From contig JAUCBJ010007356.1 of assembly GCA_032718475.1 (NCBI GenBank), positions 1 through 33,944 of the forward strand: a DNA stretch of 33,944 nucleotides. Reading direction: 5' to 3'. Within the stretch, counting starts at the first letter, position 1. The number at the start of each line of letters is the position of its first letter. The notes beneath the pieces were generated by a model. The model had not been told where the DNA came from. It did no database searches and saw only the letters and a list, made by a program, of their open reading frames with translations. The position numbers were made by a program, and so were the translations under genes. Below are positions 1 to 11,868 of the stretch, in pieces. The stretch is from Nemertoderma westbladi (lineage: Eukaryota > Animalia > Xenacoelomorpha).

Positions 1-2193
1 AAGGCCTACTGAATACTTTCCTACAAGGTATGCAGTTCCTAAGAACTTGATTCAGAGCTCTACGTGGTTTATGAAAATAATAGCGGGTTCGAATTTCGCT
101 AAGAACTCGTTCTCTACCAGCATGATACAGTTTACTGTGAACATCTACAATCATCTTGATTTGTACTTCAAGATTACTAATGAGTATAGGGAATTTAGTA
201 TCAAAGGATAATGGAGCGTTGGTAAGTCTTCCTCCAACGCGTATTAACCCATCTATCATTGTGCTAGAGAAGCGATCCCTTAAGCGCATCTGCGGATTTC
301 TTAATAGCAGAAAATACCTATCGGGATCCTCATAGCATTGCAGGAGTCTCAGTAGCTGCTTATTAGTTTCTTCATGCTCCTGGTAACTGATCTTCTCCTT
401 TAGAAACCGGTCTGATATCTTGTACTTAGGTAGATCTTTAATAACATGAACTTGCGCAGATGTCACTGGAGCAGGATCACTAGTGGTCTGCGTCCTGGAG
501 TAGTGATGGTGAAAACATCTCTTTAAGTATGTGACGGCTTTACAGAGACGATTCCAGGAACTGTAATGATGCAGTGCTCTCTGCAGCAGGGGTGAGATTC
601 CTTGCGAGACGTCTGGTATCTCAGATTTCCAATCTCTGTCTCTAATTTCCACAACAGATTTGTTTGTGGCGAGGGATTGTGGATCCGAAGTATCGTTTTC
701 GGCAGTATGTAATACAGATAGATCGATTGTCGGTTTAAATAACTTCGATTTACTTGTCCGAATTTTGGGTTTGACTTTCTCCGCTCCCTTGGCTTGTCTA
801 ATCTCAGCCGTAGTAAGGTGAGGAGGCCATTCATCCTCTTCCTTGCTCAAGAAGTCGGGTCCACCCAACCAGTCAGGGGTATCTATCAGTTCCTGTGGAG
901 TTGCTCCTCTGGAGGCGATGTCAGCTGGGTTAATCGTACCAGGGCAATGTCTCCATTGATCTATCGTTGTGCGACTAAGAATAATGGCTACTCTGTTAGT
1001 AACAAAGACGCTGAACTGACAGACTTCATTCGTTATATATTCCAATACAAGTAAAGCGTCGGTCCAATAAACAGTTTTCTCCAGTGGATAATCGATCTGT
1101 TCTGTTACATTCCGTCCGATAGCTGTAGCGTATAAAGCTGCTTTTAACTCCGCCCGAGGAACCTTAAGCTTGTTGTTAATCAATGCCTTAGAGGTAACCA
1201 AGGCAACTTTGATTCCATCCGGAGTTTCGACTCGCAGGTATGCTACTATACCGATTCCCATATCGCTGGCATCTCCAAATACATGGAGTTGATAGGAATA
1301 CGTAGGGAGAACATGACCAAAATATGAACGAGAAATTATAAAGTTCTCGATGGCAGGTAGCGAGTCCTCCCATTTCATCCATTTCTTTAATAGTTCTCCC
1401 TTGAGTGGATCGTCCCACGAGTGGTTTTCCAGCCACATTTGTTGTACTAAACTCCGAGCAATCAATATAACTGGGCTAATAAATCCCAAGGGATCGAAAT
1501 AAGTGCTCAGAATACTTAAACAAATCCGTTTGGTCCGAACTGGATTATCTCGCTGTTTTAACTGAAAAAACAGGATGTCTCTTTCTGTGTCCCACTTCAA
1601 GCCAAGCGTCTTGGTTTCCGGAAGATCGACATTTATTAAGTCGAGGTCTTTTGATCCCCGGTCTTCTACAGATATTGCTTCCAGAAACTCACGGGAGTTG
1701 CTGGTGAACTTCGTCAATCGAAATCCACCTCTTTTCAAACACTCAACCGTTCCTTTCGCGACATCAATGGCTTCCTTTACTGATGGAAGGGACTTTAAAT
1801 TGTCGTCCATGTATATGTCTCGTTTGATGTTATCTATCACCTCTTTGGAGAAGGCATCCCGGTTGTCATCCGCAGTGGTACGGACCACTGAGCAGGCGTT
1901 TGAAGGGCTTGATATAATCCCAAAAGCCTGGATGGTCATCCAGTACTCTACCGGTTTCTGGTTGAGATCTCCTTCAGGCCACCACAGGAATCTTAGGCTG
2001 TCTCTATCACGATCCAACGCCTTGACTTGTAGGAACATTCCTTCTATATCGGAGGCGAACGCGATGGAATATTGTCTTAATCTTAACAGTATTCCCAACA
2101 AAGATTGAAGCAAGTTGGGTCCTGGTAACAACTCGGAATTAAGGGATTGGCCCATATATAGGGCGGAGCCATCAAATACGACCCGTACTTCAT
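1..2193 (-). pseudogene. pol: Copy A pol remainder (RT core, RNase H, integrase Zn-binding region), disconnected from gag-PR by a deletion
   Basis: Colinear with copy B 19743-21935 and includes YMDD, FGDAS, WTD and CIPC. The frame is consistent to the window edge with no stop seen, but it is out of frame with gag-PR. Confidence 0.9.
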
Positions 2194-5100
2194 CGCCTCG
2201 TGCGCGTTTTGGCCGATAAGTATTTGCACTCCAGGATAATCTGTCTGGAATCGAGGTATCTTAAGATGTTGGACGCTCTCATCTTCGTCCCAATTATAAA
2301 GGTCTGCTTGAGTAGTAGCAAAGTTCTTTATAGCCACCATTTTTACTGACCTTATACCTTGTGTTCCTAACTTATCCTGGGGGGTGGACAACACACCTAC
2401 ATAGTAATCTGCCGTTAGGGTAGATTTCCAAACCTGCATAATTCCTGACATATTCAATTTAGTCCGGAACTTGGGTTGTCCAGTAAAAATATCTTCGGCT
2501 AGTTCTTGATCGATGAATGTTCCTGTGCTGCCTGAGTCAAGGAGAGCGTTCACTATGTAGCTTTTGTTAAGACCGTGAACTCTTACCTGAACTACAGGAA
2601 ATTCTCTTATTCCTACGTTGGAAGCTGGAGCTTTCCAAGATGGTTGTTTGGCGAAAGTAGTTTGGGGAAACTCATCGTTGATGTCCTTTTCGTGAGTAAG
2701 TGCTCGATACACCGCGGTGTTTATTAGATAACAGGATTCATTGGCGTCGGAGAATTCGTCAGTATAGAATCCTTCCATCTCAGACTCTTGATCTGTGTCA
2801 TTTACGTCACTAAATTGGACATGTAGTTCGGGCTCACTTACCTGACTCTGTTTATCTCGTTCGAACTCACTATGTAACAAGATGTGATGTTTCACACCAC
2901 ACTTTTCACACTTTATGTCGGAGTAACAGGTTCGCCGTTGGTGTCCTGGTCTGAGGCAATTATAGCATAACCGCTTGTCCCACACAACGGTACGTCTGTC
3001 TATAAGTGATTTCTTTAGAAATTCCGCACACGCACTCAAACGGTGGGTCCCGTCGCACAGCGCACAGTTAGGTTTTATGTTACTTATTTTACCTTGGGTA
3101 GTCTGATGCACTCTCGTTCTTTCTTCGGGCTTTCTTCCGCGCATTCTACTAGGAGACTGAGGAGGGGTCTTAGCAATCTGTTCTCTCCTATTGTTGGTTC
3201 GAGCCTTGTATTTACTTACGTCCTTTGAGGTTTTGTCAACATAATAAGATCGGTCTGTATCTTTCCCGCTGTCCTCTTCTTGGGAAGCTTGGCTTTCGCC
3301 GTCGTCAGTGTAACACACCGGTGTTACTCTTCTCCTAGAAGTGGGTTTCTCACTTACCTTATTTTCCGATGTTTTCTCTCTGGACTGCTTGATGAGTTGT
3401 AGTTTGACTTCACCATCTAAGAAAGACATGAGATCAGCCATGGTAGGACTTCGTCGTTGTTGTTCATTCATGTACAACACTTTCTTGTCCCAGCGTGTAC
3501 ATACTCCACCCTTTGGTAAAGTAGAGACTACGGCTCCAATAACCATGGAACTCTGATATTCGTGCGACTTACCTAACCAGTCCAGTTGTCTACAGATCTC
3601 TTGAATTTCATCGGAAAACTCTATAATCCCACTACTAAGGAAGTGTTGGGGGGCTACTAATTTTGCGTACAAATACTTAGCTATGTTATCCTTGTTACCA
3701 TACCTGATGTTTAATGTATCCCAAACTTGTCTTAATCCTTCTGGATGTCCAATAAACTTTAACGCCATTAACTTGGGAGGTCCTTCCAAGCACTTGATGA
3801 GGAATCTAAGTTTCTCTCCGTTAGATAGTACAGAGTTCTGTATGCTATCTTTGTAATATTCGTTGAAAGGTAACCATTTCATCTCATCTCCATTGAATTT
3901 GACGATCTCTCCCACTTTGACCGCTTGGCGGGCTTCTGTTCTAGCCATCTGACGCGTAAAGCTTTCTTGGGCCATCGTGTTATTTAATATCGAATTATCG
4001 GTATATAAATTTCTTGGATCATTATCAGGTCTATAGGGAATATCATTAATAACAGGTCTATAATCACCCTTAATAGGGTTTGCTATAGGAGTTTCAACTT
4101 CACTAGCAGTATAGATGCGTGTAGGCTCCACACCTTGCGCATGTAATACTTCAGACCTAACAGGTTGACACAATGTTACCGGGGGTATTGGTATGCCCTT
4201 TTGTATATTGACTAATTTGTCGCGTTCTAGCGCGATACTTTGCTGCACTTCTTGCAACTCTGCTCTACTTTCCCTCACTGTTCCCTTAAGTTGGTGGACA
4301 GTCTCCTGCATCTGTCCCAGCAGGAGATTCATCCCACGCCGTCCCTCTTCCACCCACTCAACCGCCGAAGCGGGAGTCGCCAACATAGTAGCGGGCTGAC
4401 GCGGGACGACGGGAGACAAATTTTTAATTTCTCTCTCTGCTATCTGGACAGGGATATTCTCTTGGACTGTTCCACCGGGTACAGGCAGTGTAGTACTATG
4501 TAAAGGGAATTTAGAGTTAAGCTCTGGAAGTACAGGGGTCTCTAACACAGAAGTGACTTTGGGAACGACAGGCCTAATTATCTCAGGCTCATCAACTATT
4601 GTAGAGAGTCTTTGGACCTTAATACTTTGGGCTGTAGTTTCTATACTACTCAAGTCGGTGCTAGCTAGCTGTCTTCTAACAGCTGGGGGCAAATCAGGCA
4701 ATTTGCGATGGTAAAATGTTTTTCTGCGCCTACTTAGATGGGATCTATTTCCTCCGCCTTCAGGATCGGTAGTATCGCCTTCCTCCGAGGATGTGTATCC
4801 CTGGCGCTTGGGAGTAGATTTTCTCATCATCTGCATCTGATTAGCAGTAAACTGTTTATTTATACTGTCTTGCGTCTCTTGCAGATTTTCCAACTCTAGT
4901 TGGATAGTCTCCTCAGACGCTCTCCGTTCTGCTTCTGCCACTGTTGCCTTTCTTTCGGCTTCCGCCGCTTTTCTTTCTGCTTCTGCTTCTGCCGTTTTTC
5001 TTTCGGCTTCTGCTTCTGCCGCTTTTGACTTTCTTTCGGCTTTTGCTTCTGCCGCTTTTCTTTCGGCTTCTGCTTCGGCCGCTTTTGACTTTCTTTCGGC

Positions 5101-6384
5101 TTCTGCTTCTGCCGCTTTTGCCTTTCTTTCGGCTTCTGCTTCTGCCGCTTTTCTTTCGGCTTCTGCTTCTTTTCTTTCTGCTTCTGCTTCCGCCGCCGCT
5201 GCTGCTGCTACCTTTCTTTTTTCTATCAGTTCTTTCTTTACTTGTTCTTCTCGGACTCTAGTGAGGCGGAGTTTTTCATCACATTCAGCTTGGTTTGCAG
5301 CTAACATTTCGGCATCGATTGAGTCCAACACAAGCTTGGTTCCTTCACTATTAGGGGAAAGTCCAGACAGCCGTCTCCTCAACTCTTCGTCTCCTAGGAA
5401 TCGCTGATAGTCGGACAAATAAATGTCGATAGCGTCTCTAGTTCGCGGTTTCTCGGCGGTCTCTTCGCTTTCCGCTTGAGAAAGGGTGACATCAGTTTGT
5501 TCTTCACAGGTTGATCTCTCAGCCAGCTGGGATTTCCACTGGGCCGTTTCCTGTACTTTGAGATCTACCCTATGTAACCAAGTTTTGACAGCAACCTGCA
5601 GCGACGTGTCCTGTCTTCTTTTGGAAGTTTCCTCAAAGGCTGAGAGGATTAGTCGTATGCGTAGGGTTCTTTCGCGTATTTGATATAGCAGCTCTTCCTG
5701 CTCTTGAGGTCCTTGAGGTTGTCGAAACAGTTGTTCTTCCAATCGATCCAAGGAGCCGAAGAATCCCTGCACATATCCTGCTGCCGACCTCTTCCAAACA
5801 GCTGGATCCATTGTATCTTTAGCCACTCCCATCCTGTGTATATCTTCCCAAGTAGCCTCGGACAGATCCAACGGGAGTCCGAGTCCAGGAAAGTTCCATT
5901 GTGACTCGACAATAGACATCAATTCTTCCCTGGCGTATCCCGCATAATTATCTTGAGTCGCTCGCTTATTTCTCGCCCAGTCGGCTTGATGTTCCTCCAC
6001 CGCAATATATATAGTAGTTAGCACTGCAGCAGGAAGGGTAAGAAGGGGGTCCGAGTAGACTGTATCAGCCATCTGCACTCCGTGTTCGGGGGTCAGCTCT
6101 ACAGTATCCGAACTGCTGGAGCTATCGGGTCGCTGGGAAGTATGTTCTTGACCAAGATGTTGCTGCGATGAGACGACTGCCTCTTGGTTCCGTTTGACCT
6201 GTGCCCGAGTGCCTATGATGGACCTATGGTGGATTAGCCTAGGGTCTGATACTACTGGAGGGATGACCTTTTTTGCAGTAGGAGGTGAGCTGAACTCCTT
6301 TCTTAATCGCTCCACACTCCTATCTGAGTCACAGATAGTTGTATCGATCAGACTGTCTGACAGGTTTTGCTGAGTGTCAGACAT
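2083..6384 (-). CDS. gag: BEL/Pao Gag-aspartic protease polyprotein, truncated after protease by a frameshifting deletion
   Basis: 1433-aa ORF with capsid-type FNGDEMKWLPF, knuckles CALCDGTHRLSAC, CYNCLRPGHQRRTC and CEKCGVKHHILLH, and protease LLDSGS...ILIG. The last ~36 aa are out-of-frame RT sequence. Confidence 0.93.
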   Translation of the reverse strand: MSDTQQNLSDSLIDTTICDSDRSVERLRKEFSSPPTAKKVIPPVVSDPRLIHHRSIIGTRAQVKRNQEAVVSSQQHLGQEHTSQRPDSSSSSDTVELTPEHGVQMADTVYSDPLLTLPAAVLTTIYIAVEEHQADWARNKRATQDNYAGYAREELMSIVESQWNFPGLGLPLDLSEATWEDIHRMGVAKDTMDPAVWKRSAAGYVQGFFGSLDRLEEQLFRQPQGPQEQEELLYQIRERTLRIRLILSAFEETSKRRQDTSLQVAVKTWLHRVDLKVQETAQWKSQLAERSTCEEQTDVTLSQAESEETAEKPRTRDAIDIYLSDYQRFLGDEELRRRLSGLSPNSEGTKLVLDSIDAEMLAANQAECDEKLRLTRVREEQVKKELIEKRKVAAAAAAEAEAERKEAEAERKAAEAEAERKAKAAEAEAERKSKAAEAEAERKAAEAKAERKSKAAEAEAERKTAEAEAERKAAEAERKATVAEAERRASEETIQLELENLQETQDSINKQFTANQMQMMRKSTPKRQGYTSSEEGDTTDPEGGGNRSHLSRRRKTFYHRKLPDLPPAVRRQLASTDLSSIETTAQSIKVQRLSTIVDEPEIIRPVVPKVTSVLETPVLPELNSKFPLHSTTLPVPGGTVQENIPVQIAEREIKNLSPVVPRQPATMLATPASAVEWVEEGRRGMNLLLGQMQETVHQLKGTVRESRAELQEVQQSIALERDKLVNIQKGIPIPPVTLCQPVRSEVLHAQGVEPTRIYTASEVETPIANPIKGDYRPVINDIPYRPDNDPRNLYTDNSILNNTMAQESFTRQMARTEARQAVKVGEIVKFNGDEMKWLPFNEYYKDSIQNSVLSNGEKLRFLIKCLEGPPKLMALKFIGHPEGLRQVWDTLNIRYGNKDNIAKYLYAKLVAPQHFLSSGIIEFSDEIQEICRQLDWLGKSHEYQSSMVIGAVVSTLPKGGVCTRWDKKVLYMNEQQRRSPTMADLMSFLDGEVKLQLIKQSREKTSENKVSEKPTSRRRVTPVCYTDDGESQASQEEDSGKDTDRSYYVDKTSKDVSKYKARTNNRREQIAKTPPQSPSRMRGRKPEERTRVHQTTQGKISNIKPNCALCDGTHRLSACAEFLKKSLIDRRTVVWDKRLCYNCLRPGHQRRTCYSDIKCEKCGVKHHILLHSEFERDKQSQVSEPELHVQFSDVNDTDQESEMEGFYTDEFSDANESCYLINTAVYRALTHEKDINDEFPQTTFAKQPSWKAPASNVGIREFPVVQVRVHGLNKSYIVNALLDSGSTGTFIDQELAEDIFTGQPKFRTKLNMSGIMQVWKSTLTADYYVGVLSTPQDKLGTQGIRSVKMVAIKNFATTQADLYNWDEDESVQHLKIPRFQTDYPGVQILIGQNAHEAMKYGSYLMAPPYIWANPLIPSCYQDPTCFNLCWEYC
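4925..5210 (-). repeat. Coding tandem repeat (AEAERK-type Ala/Glu/Lys/Arg units) in copy A gag
   Basis: Repeated ttcggcttctgcttctgccgc units on the + strand translate as AAEAEAERK(SK). Confidence 0.9.
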
Positions 6385-6472
6385 GTTTAGCTATACAGTT
6401 GAATGTCTACTACTATAGTTTCAGTTAAAGCAAGTCTGGTAATTCAGTATGACCGCAAGCCTAGCGATTTAT

Positions 6473-6766
6473 TACCGGTACCATTACTCAGTGTAACGTG
6501 ATATATATACCATATATTAGAATACCGGTATGCTTATAATATATATAAGTATTATTACAGACTAGATTTGTCACAGAGTACCGGTATATAATTTTAGCAC
6601 AAATATATATATATATATATAGTAGGCCTATAGTGAATACCGGTATACAGCTTACACTTATAGTATATAAGTATAATTATGAACTAGAATTAATTACAGA
6701 GTACCGGTATGATTTCAGCTCAAATTTATAGAAATAAATATAATAAGCCTATGGTAAGTACCGGTA
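6473..6766. repeat. Array of TACCGGTA palindromes within a degenerate ~118-bp duplication, copy A leader
   Basis: TACCGGTA at 6473, 6523, 6579, 6638, 6702 and 6759 in AT-rich sequence, with a (TA)n run near 6603-6621. Confidence 0.9.
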
Positions 6767-7753
6767 TGTCAATTATTTTTAGAATAATTGAATTCCTGAA
6801 TATTTTAGGGTTACTTAGTTACTTTAACTTACTTTATTACCGTTATTTAAGCAGTAGTCCAACTGATAGTGAGACCTAGTTGTTGTATGACAGGCCTACT
6901 ATTTATAAATCGTTTGAGTTGATTTATAATATTTATATACCCGTTTAAATGGGTTTTTGTCAATATTTGAAATAAATGTTATTATTTCTGGGGGAGTCAC
7001 TACACAGAAGCTGTGCGCTCTCAGTGAAGTGCTATTTATTTGAAACTAAAACTGATAATTCTAATTTACCTAAGTTACTTAATACTACAAATTACTTACT
7101 ATACTGGTGAGATTAATTCTCTAATTAAAACACAACAAAATATTACGTACGGAATTTTTAGGGTAATTTTACAGGAAGTCTACAAACCAGCCTAACAAAG
7201 GGTTAGAATTCTGGTTATTACAACGGACAGGGTACGACGGTATTTGAAATAATAAGTAGTAGTAAATATGCTGTACTGTCCAGATAGGAAAATACCACCG
7301 CCTGACGACCTATAACCGTATCGCTATAAGTACTACGTTATGTATCACGGATTGTTCCTACCCAGAAGCTAATAGAGCTAACAAATGTGCCTATCAACCA
7401 CTTTACAACACAAATATACTGCCTACACTAATTACTTCGGAAAGCACTGTACACTAAACCCTAAATTAGGTACAAGTACCGGTATAACAAATAATCAGTA
7501 GTTAAATATACTTGAACAGTTAAAAGAACCACGGCATCTGCTGGAGTGACCAGAGCACAAAGTCACCAGTCTTGTCCTACGCCAAGCAGCCCGTGTAGTA
7601 CCGGGGTTAATTTAACTATAACGGTATGTATAACAAACACAATTACTGTAGGAATAAACTTGGGGACATGAATGTTGCGAATAATCGCATAAACTCTGAA
7701 TAATAAATATTACGCTACCCGTACAGAATACTCAAACAGAATACAAACCAAAC

Positions 7754-8276
7754 GCTGGCAGACTACTATCAAGCCTAAATAAACTACAGTATGTGCAGAT
7801 TCTGAAACAGTTAGTTAGTATGCGTTCTAACACGGTAGTACGACTTATTCTTTAAGAGGGGATTGACCTTACAGCATATGGCTGCCCCAACTTACTAACG
7901 GCACTTGATCAGACAAACTCTACACACGCAGCAATCCCTTCAGGCCTAAGAATAGCTAGACAACAATCCAGCCTACAAAATATTTGAGTAATAACTATTA
8001 CGGTACCTGAACAGACCACACAAACAAACACAGGCTAAAACACTGGCAGACTACGATCAAGCCTAAATAAACTACAGTATATGCAGATTCTGAAACAGTT
8101 AGTTAGTATGCGTTCTAACACGGTAGTACGACTTATTCTTTAAGAGGGGATTGACCTTACCGCATATGGCTGCCCCAACTTACTAACCGCACTTTATCAG
8201 ACAAACTCTACACACGCCGTAATCTCTCCAAACCCAACAACAGTCAGACAGCAGTTCAGCCTACAATTATTTGAAC
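7754..8276. repeat. Tandem duplication, ~289-bp period, copy A leader
   Basis: ctggcagactac...gcatatggctgccccaacttactaac occurs at 7754 and 8043. Confidence 0.92.
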
Positions 8277-8442
8277 AATCTGAGCAGACTTACACGTCTT
8301 CAGCTCAATATTAACTTACTAGGAAATAAAACCGACAGAAATAAGTAAGCTCCAAAAGAAACAAGGGGTGTACAGTCTCTAATCTCTTAAACAGCCTACC
8401 GGTATACAATAATCAAAATCGAATAATACTAATGTACTTATA

Positions 8443-8570
8443 CAGCAGTACCGGTTAGGACAGTTGGGCTTACAGACCTACAGAAGTACCGGTTCTGACA
8501 GTTGGACCTACGGACCTACAGCAGTACCGGTTCTGGCAGTTGGGCCTACTGACCTACAGAAGTACCGGTT
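8443..8570. repeat. 38-bp minisatellite, ~3.4 copies
   Basis: cag(c/a)agtaccggtt...gaccta units start at 8443, 8481, 8519 and 8557. Confidence 0.92.
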
Positions 8571-8687
8571 CAGGTTTACCGGTCACTACGGTATTTTGCA
8601 ACCTTATTGCCTACTGCAATAAGATCGTTAACTGTTACTGTTCGCGCTTTTGAAGACCTTTAGCAGTTTAACCTGCCAAAATTTATA

Positions 8688-9829
8688 TGTATTTTAGTTA
8701 ATTAAAACACCTTTAGCATACGACAATATTTTATGCTAATACACAAAACATTAGCCGAAGTCAGCCCATGCGCGATCATTCACCCGATGGATCTACACCC
8801 GGGAGGCTGAATTCGGATGCTTAAATTTTATTATTGCAGTGTAAGGTTGCAGTGTAAACCTACTGTATTATTCGATAGATCGTTAATAATTAATTTCTGA
8901 CAGATATTATTGGCTTTTGGGAAATATTAACAGTTCCTTTAGGACGTGGCGCTCTATCTATTTAAACAGAACTAGGACTTATACTAAACGCAACGATACC
9001 GCTTATGATTAAAGTATAAGGCGTATTCTTTAGGAAATACTTTGTTACCACTCACAATCATGCACACTATTCTTCCGACCGTCAGTATATTTGATCACAC
9101 ATAAAGAGAGCAGCAATTGACTCATGTAGGGTCTGCTAAATAACATTAGATTCAATACACACCACATTAATATAAATCGCAATTGTTATATATAGCCTGT
9201 CTCTCTAACCTGTAGTGTATCAAGAAAATTGGGAAATTTGGGTGATTTATTCGTATTCTCCAAAGGGCAATATTTCATCAACAAATAGATACAATTAATA
9301 ACTGACGGTAAATAACATTACAAACAATATGATTAGTGCAGTTAAATTAAGTGAGTTAGGTAAGACCGCCGGTAACAGTTATACTTTCGATAATTTAAGC
9401 AGTTTTACTGGAGTTATTCCCAAAAGCCGGTGTTATGGCGAAAAATGGGAACATAACAACAGAATCATATGAAGAATCATATGACTAGAATAACTATACG
9501 AGGATACCAACTACCCTTATTCCACGAAGCTCCCGTTCAACACAGAGGATGAGCATAGAGATAGGAAATTCAGTTCAGTAGCTCTGGGATAGGTCGAAAT
9601 CAACGCCCACTCAAATTCTATTGGCCGACACAGACAGCAGGGCAGAGGCAACCTCCCTAAGCTGGTTGGCCGATTAAACTGAGCCCAGATATCTCCGTAC
9701 AGCACATCAGCCAATAAGCTGGTAGCTTGCACTATTTTAGTTATAAATCCCTTTGAGAGTATTCTAGCGACCGGGGGGGAACTGGCCAGCAAAGGCAATC
9801 GTATCAGTTATCCCACAAAAGCTTTTACA
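8688..9829 (-). repeat. 5' LTR of BEL copy A (inner boundary approximate)
   Basis: The outer end is exact (TGTAAAAGC) and the region is homologous to 11869-12994. The inner end is inferred from ...ACA before TATAAATTTTGG, downstream of a conserved AATAAA. Confidence 0.75.
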
Positions 9830-10407
9830 TCGTGGAAGGATTATCGGATAGACAACCTGGCGAAGATGATTTCAAACTGATCCGAAAACTTCTCAATTCC
9901 ATAAACTGCCAAGATATTTAAATCATGGGATTGCGTCGTCTGCCGAAGCCTGCCTTTTCCAAGTATTCTAGATTAGTAAAGGTTGAATTAAAGTCCCCTG
10001 CCGATCGACTGTTTGATCTTAGGAGCAAAAAATTACTCTGCAATTTGACTGAGTTTAATCGAGTTTATCTCCGACCCGCTCTCACGACCGAAGCCATTCG
10101 GCATCGCAACGTTCTACGAGTACATTCTTCAACGCTCAATAACCTGCGGGATAATTCTCCTAGAACTCTTGTGGTATATGATAATCGGGCTGATCGTTAC
10201 GTCCTAAGTTGCGCGAACTCTGAGGGGAAAATTGATTGGCGTTACGTTGTAGTGATTTCTGAGGCCGATTATGACACCGCATCTGAAAAACTCGACACTC
10301 AACGTCAGAAAAATAACTTCCGTACACCAATTATCGGACCAAGGTTTCAGAACCCGGCAACAGTAATACGTGCTACAGCGGAGAACAATCAGGAGGTAAC
10401 CCAGTAG
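9830..10407 (+). pseudogene. LINE ORF1 C-terminal part, in-frame TAA at 9919
   Basis: Reads VEGLSD...RLVKVEL...VYLRPALT, resembling the RP(L/I)xV...(I/V)(Y/F)I..DLT pattern of CR1/L2-type ORF1, and lies directly before ORF2. Confidence 0.7.
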
Positions 10408-10445
10408 TAAACTTATCTAACAAAACCACCGTTCTTAATGAAACT

Positions 10446-11868
10446 TTGACCACTCGTAATAACAATAGCGATATGGTTCCTAAATTATCATGTTATTTTG
10501 CTAATACACAATCTGTACGTGACGAAAGTAAACGTGCAGAAGTGCAAGATATATTATCTAACCACGATATAGTGGGAATTTGTGAAACTTTTCTAAATAA
10601 CAATGATGTAAATTCGTTAATAACAGGCAATGAACTTGAGAAGGAATATGAAATATTCCGATGGGACCGCGGTTCAGATCGCGGCTATGGAGGTGGTGTA
10701 ATGCTTGCCTGTCAAGTCGCACTACACCCGGCCAAGGTATTTATACCTCCCAAGTATCACAATATTGAATGTGTCGCGTTTGTTACGTCTGTTCATGATA
10801 AATTTAGAATGGTATCTTTTTATCACCCTCCTGGAACCTGCTATAGTGATAGGAATGCAATGTATGCTTATTTAAAACTACTTAACGAATTGCTTATATT
10901 TTTGTCTGAAATTGACTACCCTGTGTACGTATTAGGTGACTTTAACCTTGGTGACATTGACTGGACTAATATTGGGTACAGACACAATACACAGTGCGAT
11001 TTATTTATCGATGCAGTCTCTGCGTCAAACCTCTGTCAACTAGTTGACTTTCCAACGCGCAAATCTCGAACATTAGATCTTTTACTGTGCACTGACCCTC
11101 TATTAGTGTCAGACTTAGTATGTGAACCTGCTATTGGTAATAGTGATCATGACGGTTTTTTGTTTTCCTTGGTTTTGTCAGCGCCACATGCCAGCAATTT
11201 CTTCACATCACAACCTAGGTTTAATTTTTCGAAGGTGAATAAATCTGCGCTGAAATTAGAGTTGTCTCAAATAAATTGGGATACAGAATTCCTAAATTGT
11301 AATGATATAAACTCCAAGTGGGACTCGTTTCAATCTAGAATTGCTGACTTATTTGTTAAATATGTACCTACTTATACATTATGTAGCAATCGTTATAGGC
11401 CACCCCTACATATCAGAAAATTACAAGCAAACAAACGACGCCTCTGGCGTCTACGGAATAGGTCTACGTCTGATCTAAAAGCGTATAGACGTGTGCGCTT
11501 TGAGTTTGACAAGGCAATCCGTTCCTTTCACATGCAACAAGAATCGAAAATTATATCTAGTAAAAATAAAAAAGCATTCTTTAAATACGCTAAGAGCCGT
11601 ACAACAAATCGTAGCTCTATAGCCCCCTTAAAGAAAAAGGATGGTTCCCTAGCAACCACTGATAAAAAAAAATTTGATTGTCTGATAACTCAATACTCAT
11701 CTGTCGGTAATGTAGATAATGGTGAATTTCCTGTATTTAACCAGCAAACTAACGAAACTTTTGACATTGATTGCATTTCTGAATCTAAAGTTATTGATAT
11801 CCTTGCTAAATTACAGTATAAATTTGGTGATACGCCAGACAGCATTTCTGTTGCTACCTTAAAAATAT
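10446..11868 (+). pseudogene. LINE ORF2 N-terminal part (apurinic-like endonuclease and linker), interrupted at the start of RT
   Basis: Motifs ICETFL, RWDR..GGGV, YHPP, LGDFN, PTR, LDLL, SDH and NKKAFFKYAKSR. The ORF stop at 11894 lies inside the BEL LTR. Confidence 0.92.

Larger units (their letters stand above)
1..9829 (-). mobile_element. BEL/Pao LTR retrotransposon, copy A (5' LTR, long leader, gag-pol; 3' part beyond window)
   Basis: Reverse complement aligns with copy B. It starts TGTAAAAGCTTTTGTGGG at 9829 like the copy B LTRs. Domain order is Gag with three Cys/His knuckles, protease, RT, RNase H, then integrase start. Confidence 0.96.
9830..11868 (+). mobile_element. Non-LTR retrotransposon (CR1/L2/Jockey-group LINE) internal fragment, cut on both sides by BEL insertions
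   Basis: An ORF1-like C-terminus is followed by an AP endonuclease ORF2. Both ends abut LTR TG termini in mid-frame. Confidence 0.9.

Noticed and set aside
9517-9798. 93-aa ORF in the copy A U3
   Set aside because: It has a non-ATG start, and the homologous copy B sequence has a stop and an indel in both LTRs.
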